Part shown: positions 57,791 through 64,000 of the stretch, one piece after another | How the letters are laid out: each line of letters begins with the position of its first letter | How positions within the stretch are numbered: position 1 is the first letter of the stretch | Assembly (NCBI GenBank): GCA_044892525.1 | Contig: CM097885.1 | Location: forward strand, 199,578,001 to 199,642,000 | Direction of reading: 5' to 3' | From: Schmidtea polychroa | Lineage: Eukaryota | DNA length: 64,000 bases | Notes under the pieces: model-generated | Databases searched by the model: none | What the model was told of the DNA's origin: nothing | Seen by the model: only the letters and a program-made list of their open reading frames with translations | Position numbers and translations under genes: made by a program

Positions 57791-58315
57791 CCTAAATTTT
57801 AAAACAATACCTCTGTAAAAAAATATTTAAAATATGTAAAAATCGCTTACCATAAAATGATAGCCTAGTTGAAAATTTTATATAAATCACCAAGTAGTTG
57901 TAGTATTCTGTACTAAAAATTATAACAAATTCCACTTGAATTCAAAATTTAACTTCTAATCTTTTTATTTTACATACAACAAATTTGAAAACCCATCAGT
58001 AAAAACCGTCAGTAAAACAAAAACAAAGTACTACTTATAAATAATATTAATGTATATTAGCATTATCTTGTTTAATTCTTTTTTTCTATTACATAATTTA
58101 ATATATAAATTTAGAAAAAAAAATTACAAAGAAAATCATATTGCAAAACAAAAAAAACACAATTTTTTTTTAAATAAATTAAATTGTTATATTGAGACAC
58201 TGCAAAACACAAATAATAAATTATTTATTAAAATTAAAATAAATACCCAAATTACAATTATATTTTAAAATCTCCAGACTGTAACGACTAGAAGTCATAA
58301 TAACTGAAAATAACT

Positions 58316-61300
58316 TTAAGACGTATGACTTGAATCTGAACGACTAGGACCCATTACCACTTTCAAAGAGATCAATGCAATCATCGCCAGATGCACAGAA
58401 AACCAAATACTCCACCAATATCTCAGAGTACTTCCAGCTTCCAAAAGAAGAAATCCCATGCAGCAATAATCAAAAATTCTCATCTTATAGAACCATCTGA
58501 TAAAGAACGATTTCTCTCTTAACATGTTTGGTTGCCATTCTTCGTTCCTGGTTCTAGTTGATGACTGTACAACGCCAATAAGATTTTCAAGTGCAGACTC
58601 AGCTAGTAAACTCAAAGGAATTGTCATGAAGCTCAAATAATATCCTGGATGAACCCCATGCCAAAACGCACTGATAAGCATCGTAACAAATGTCCGATAA
58701 GCCCTAATTGGAAAACGGCGATAAATGAATGTGGCGAGCCAATATTGAACACTCATGTTCCACGAGCGCATTCCATCTCGCACAGAAGGAGCCCATTCAC
58801 ACCCTGATATATTCAGATTACGCGTGGTTTCATAGCTCACCTCTATGTTTTCTCTATCGAACCGAATAAATTATTGATTTGTTATTAGAGTAAAATAACC
58901 CCATAGGTTCCATTCCTGTCAGATTAGTAGGGCCATGTCCAGGAACCGGGGCACTAGATGCTGGATAAGCCCCCATCCCTGCACACATACACACACATTC
59001 CGAGATCAACCAGGCAAAATACATTCTCATTCGAAAAACAAAAAACATTATTGACATAAACAAAAATCGATAGAAGAAACTTCGATCGTAGAATTCATCA
59101 GATTTTGCACACTGTAATTATTATTTGTTTTATTTGTATTTTTATAATTGATAATAATAATATATACTTTTTTATCGATTTTAATAATTGATTTAATTAT
59201 TTAATTATAATAAAATTATTGACTTTAATACTATATAATTTTTATCGATTTTAATATATTATTGATTTTAATAATATATAATATAAATCAAAATTGACAC
59301 ATTTATTAAAATATTTAAATAACGTATATAAATAGTTATTGGAAGCATTATTTTATAAATATTTTAAAATATTTCATTAAGGTGAGCTTCTAGGGTGGAC
59401 TTCTAGTTTCATTTCGAATTTAAAATGATATTTATTTTAATTTTAAATAAAATTTTTTAAATATTCAGAAAAAGAAAGTATATCATTATATTAATTTCTA
59501 ACCAATGAGAAGTAAGAAAAATGAAATATAAGAAAGATCAATATGTATGTTTAGGAAGATTACTAAATTCCAGGAGATTGATAAGGACAATCTTATAGTC
59601 GAAAATTTTTTCATTAAATACATTATTCGCAGCAAAAGGCTTAAATTATCACTTTATTGTTTTAAATAATTTTTTAATTTATTTATATTTTTAATTGATT
59701 ATATATCCCATTTCGATTTAAAGCAATTTTAAAATTTTAAAATTTTTCTGTTTATTAAATTTTTTGGATATTTTATTGAGATAAACTCATAACTAAATTT
59801 TGATCTGACCCTTGCATTTTTGGAGTGTCGATAACAATTGCAATAATATATTATAATTTTATTGATATCATCACAACAATAATTGAAATCGATAAAATAT
59901 TCAAATCAAAGATTCACTGACATGACTCGAGACTAAAACCCATTTCCAAATTTATTCCAAAGGAATTATTTCAGCTTTAGATCGTATTGATACAAAGTGA
60001 ACACGCTTTCACTTATTCAACAAAAGTAATGTTTAAATTCACTTTGTATTATAAATTTTTGTAAAATTTCCAATTACGTTCATTATTTTCTAAATTTTAA
60101 GACTCCAATTAATCTTGGGTTTCTTGAGGAAGAAGGTTTCGGAAGTAAGACTTTGTAAGGTGTTCTTAAACTCATCTTGTAACATTTGGTGCTTTATTTC
60201 ATTATTAAATTGCACAATCTAAATTCCTTTTCCTTATGTTCGTTGGAATTACTGGTTTTATTTTTGATGTGTTAATTGAATCGACTATTGAAGGTTCTAT
60301 GTGTTTTCATTACCTAAGTTGTGTTACATCTTAAATAAGGTTGTTTGTAAAAAATATTTTTAAAAACCAAACGTTTATATCAGTAGCTGACGGAGGCGGC
60401 AGAAAGGATGAAAGTTGGATGGATATGAACAGGTCTGTATTGCGGAGGAGGATTTGTTTGAAAATATTTAGATACATGCTTTTCAGGATACACACGTTCA
60501 GGAGAAAGAGTGTTTTGAAGTTTTCTAATATTTATTTTATCTCGTACTGTCCGCGTTCTTTCAACTTTTAGTAGCACCACCCAACGTCAAATTGGATCAT
60601 ATGTATTAGAAGCTGCTAACATATCTTCTAAATTATTTTTTTAAATCCGGTTCAAAAGTTAACGTCATAATTCCAAGTATTTATTTAATGAAATATTCTA
60701 TAATTTTCAAACAAATTTTCAGCATTGAATAAAATATTTTCTAAAACATTTATCAAAATTTCGATATTTAAAATGTCTTTATTTAAAAATTATTTACTAA
60801 TAAAACTTCTTTTAAAAAACTTATTTATTTTTTCAATTTAAAAAATTCAATTTAAAAATTATTTTAAAAGTTATTTATCATTTAAAATTATCTTAATAAA
60901 TCATTGAAATATTTAATTCTCAGCTGAAAATACCTCACAAATTGTATCCCAAAGGAGAATAAATTGGTACTGGTAGTAAGTAAGTGAGACCTCGCCGCGA
61001 TATCTTCGAATGGGATTTGATTGTATTTGAGGAATTAGTGTGTGATAAGGTGAGATTGAGAGGGATTATGAAGACAATGAAAATGACATCTATATATTTT
61101 CCCACAAGAGTATTTTTTCGTCAAAAAGATGTAATTTTCAATTATATGAATTTTATTTTTTTGAATAATAGTTTAATATCATTATTTATTTATTATTTTA
61201 TAAGAAATTTGTTTTCCAATTTCACCACTGATTTTTTTTCAATGAATTTATTAAAAAGAGCTTGACGACTTTAAATCAGTAATATATCGATGTTATTTTA

Positions 61301-61719
61301 TATATTACTGATTTATAGTCTTCAGGCTCTTTTTAATAAATATTTTATAATAATAATTATTATTATTATTATTATTATCATCAATATTGTATGTATTGAT
61401 TATTGTTTGTTAAATTAAATAATTAATAAAAAAAATTTTAAATTATTAAATTAAATTATAAATGCTAAAATTTTAAAAATAATATATTATTTTAATTATA
61501 ATTTTTAAAAAGTATGAAATGTTTTATTAAATAAAAGAATTTTTTATATAATTAATAAATTTGTTTAAAATCCTTAATTTATATATTTATTATGTCCTAC
61601 CTGATGATGACAGGAAACTATCGAAATATATCGTGAAAATAATGTTTGATTGGCGTTTTCTTATAATTAAATCATTGCCATATATGTTTAACTATATTCA
61701 ATAATATTATTAGTTTAAA

Positions 61720-61797
<78 letters not shown>

Positions 61798-62278
61798 CAA
61801 TATTATTACTTCAATAAAATAGAAATGTGATGCAATTAGATAAGCAACGCCTATGAAAACTGCATTTTTGAGCCTGTTCCAGAATTCGCAGTAACGATTA
61901 ACATAAATGGTTGATGAGAATTGAGAGCAATCGAGATAAACTCGGTATTTGAAATATGGACCTTGACAACGAGCAGTTATAATGAAGATAATAATTTTAA
62001 TAGGGTTAAATTAATACCGGTTAAAAGTCCAATGAAGCAGTAGGAATATGTAAATAAATCAATCACATTGGATTTGACATTGAAATATTTTATCTCTAGT
62101 TTCAAATGCTCAATCTCATTATCTTCCATTTGGATGGTGTTCAAACAGATTTTTAATTTTCTCTCTCTCTCTAAGCTATCTTTGATTTCAAATGCTGCTC
62201 CAACAAGCTGGAACACGAACCAAAGAGTACATTAATCATAGTTATTATTCAAAAACCTTATCACTCAGTATCTGCACA

Positions 62279-62337
<59 letters not shown>

Positions 62338-62470
62338 ATAATTGGGAACTATTCCACGATTTGTTGCGGTTGAATGAATTGACGTAAAGCTAACAGAATC
62401 CAAAAAATAAAATAAAAGACAAAAACTAATTAAAAAGCAATATGTTACTAGGGGAGCAGATATGAGAATT
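58316..62470 (-). CDS. MBOAT7: Lysophospholipid acyltransferase 7 (LPIAT1), multi-exon; 5' end not resolved
   Basis: Exons that splice in frame: 62018-62207 (LVGAAFEIKD..FTYSYCFIGLLTG), 61810-61961 (GPYFKYRVYLD), 58900-59111 (FRMRMYFAW..GMGAYP), 58316-58853 (YETTRN, WNMSVQYWL, SAFWHGVHPGYYLSF). Introns 61962-62017 (56 nt), 59112-61809 (2698 nt) and 58854-58899 (46 nt); probable 62208-62256 (49 nt). Exons above 62257 are tentative. Confidence 0.88.
61160..61340. repeat. Hairpin-ended repeat, copy 2 (40-bp arms 61247-61286 and 61301-61340, 37/40 paired), inside the MBOAT7 intron
   Basis: Read directly. Homologous to 1121-1330. Confidence 0.8.
61720..61797. repeat. (TAT)n microsatellite next to the MBOAT7 intron donor
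   Basis: Read directly. Confidence 0.95.
62281..62334. repeat. (AT)n microsatellite
   Basis: Read directly. Confidence 0.95.
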
Positions 62471-63359
62471 AATATAATTATTTCAAATTGACGGGTTCCA
62501 TAGACAAAGTTATTTAAGAAATATAAACTAATTAATTAATCGATTGATATAAACTAATCAATTTAATTAGTAAAGAAAATTCCATATATTGACAGTCGTT
62601 ATCCTGTGAAAGTAAAATAAAAGTCAATATCTTTTTGTAGAGTTTCGGGTTGATTGAGACCGTTTCGAGTCTGATAATCTATTTTGGTGAATAATTTATG
62701 CAGATAGAAACTTATAAAAATGAGCGAAAAAACAGATTTAAATGTCGATATGGTCAAATGTAGATTCCACAAAAATCAATATTAAACCACGAGTGTAAAA
62801 AAAAAGTTATTAAAAAATGTAAATAATCTGTCGCTTAGAGTTCTGAATATCATTTGAAAATAAATATTATTGTGTTGATTTTTAAACTTGAAATAAAGAC
62901 CATGAGAAGTCAATTTTACCTACCAACACTGACAGATTTAAGGAATAGGGCTCAGTCGGAACTGGTGAATAAGGAGGCCCCAAAGTGAAAATAAAGTACC
63001 CCCTCTTCGAACGAGCATAGAAATTTTTTTTCAATTTCCCATTTACCTAACAATATGTTGTATTTTATGTATATTATGATAAAAACAATTTCTTAACACT
63101 AAAGATATAGTTCTAACCAAGATCTATAAGCAAAATTGAAATTTTTAAGTAAGGGCTTGTAAAATAATTTGTTTTTTAATTCAAAAACTGGGGCAATTTG
63201 ACTTTTAAACTCTATTGTTGGGGACATAGTGCATAACATGATGAGAAGCACTGGTATAGATGATGTCATGCAGGATAGACAAAAAATGATTTCAAGCATA
63301 AGTCTGTCATCTCAAACTATATGTCATCGGATGACTTTACCAGATCAGATTCAACAATT

Positions 63360-64000
63360 CAAATCTCTTTAGCTTTCGACGAAAGTACAGATATTTCAGA
63401 CACATCTCAACTTGTATTGAATTATGGAGTTAATGGTATTTATTTTTGAAGTGACAAAGAAATTATAAATTTGAAAGATAATCTATAGAGAGGATGTTTT
63501 CCAGGCTATAAAAGATTATTTGTCGTGCAATTTCGTGGATTTAGAGGCGCTTTCTGGACTAAAAACAGATGGTACACAAGCTATGATTGGTGAAAAATAA
63601 AGGAGCTGCAAAGTTATTTAAGAATGAACTGGAAGCTAGATCTATCAAAATTAATGAAGTACTTCTGAAACATTATTTGATAATATTATTGTGGTAATGC
63701 GATTTAACACTATCAGTTCAAAGTATACCAAAGAGAATTAAGTTCGGAATATAGTGACGTCGTACATCTTCCCAGGGTTAGATGATTGATTTGCAGAACA
63801 CGGTAAAAAATATTTGAATTCTGAAAGGAAATTGAAAGCTTTATGACTGAGGATGGAACTCCCGTTTCAAATTTAAATGACTAAGCGTGTACGATATTCA
63901 ACTATTGTAAGTCAACAAGTTGGCTCATAGAGCGAGTTGGGTTGGCCAAACCTGTTTAAGCAAATGGATGAAAGTATTAAATATTATGCCTTTTAAGTCT
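63360..64000 (+). pseudogene. Degenerate hAT transposase fragment (Buster/SPIN, GTF2IRD2-like)
   Basis: SLAFDESTDISDTSQLV and TDGTQAMIGEK motifs. Heavily frameshifted and runs to the window end. Confidence 0.7.

Noticed and set aside
60080-60660. GC-richer coding-looking patches in the large MBOAT7 intron
   Set aside because: No recognisable motif, a stop in the longest frame, and MBOAT7 splices in frame without them.
1-64000. Species assignment (tiny introns and AT-richness suggest a compact parasitic invertebrate genome)
   Set aside because: Cannot be established without a database search.

Overview
AT-rich eukaryotic (most likely animal) genomic scaffold with one 160-N gap (47397-47556), dominated by transposable elements. 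No rRNA, tRNA or CRISPR was seen. Host genes: two tandem intronless RBM22 (Cwc2/Slt11) paralogs, an intronless class-A GPCR, a multi-exon MBOAT7 with 46-56 nt introns plus one 2.7-kb intron, and a MANF/ARMET copy absent from the ORF track that keeps three 41-46 nt introns but is broken, mostly at homopolymer runs. Mobile DNA: three near-complete, very compact (about 4.5-4.7 kb) Ty3/Gypsy retrotransposons with 115-227 bp LTRs, non-TG..CA termini and gag frames starting in the LTR and running through the PBS (one intact, with identical LTRs); a fourth deleted Gypsy; an intact hAT; a KIAA1586-like hAT; other hAT and mariner remnants and MITEs; a Ginger-like element nested in an R2/NeSL-type LINE fossil; a Penelope-RT/Polinton-pPolB fossil between the RBM22 copies; a TGTTGGG/CCCAACA-bounded repeat family tied to an unidentified decayed ORF; and a hairpin repeat whose loop is flipped between its two copies. 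All calls come from reading and hand-translating the sequence and from remembered family motifs. No database searches were run, and the species is not determined.
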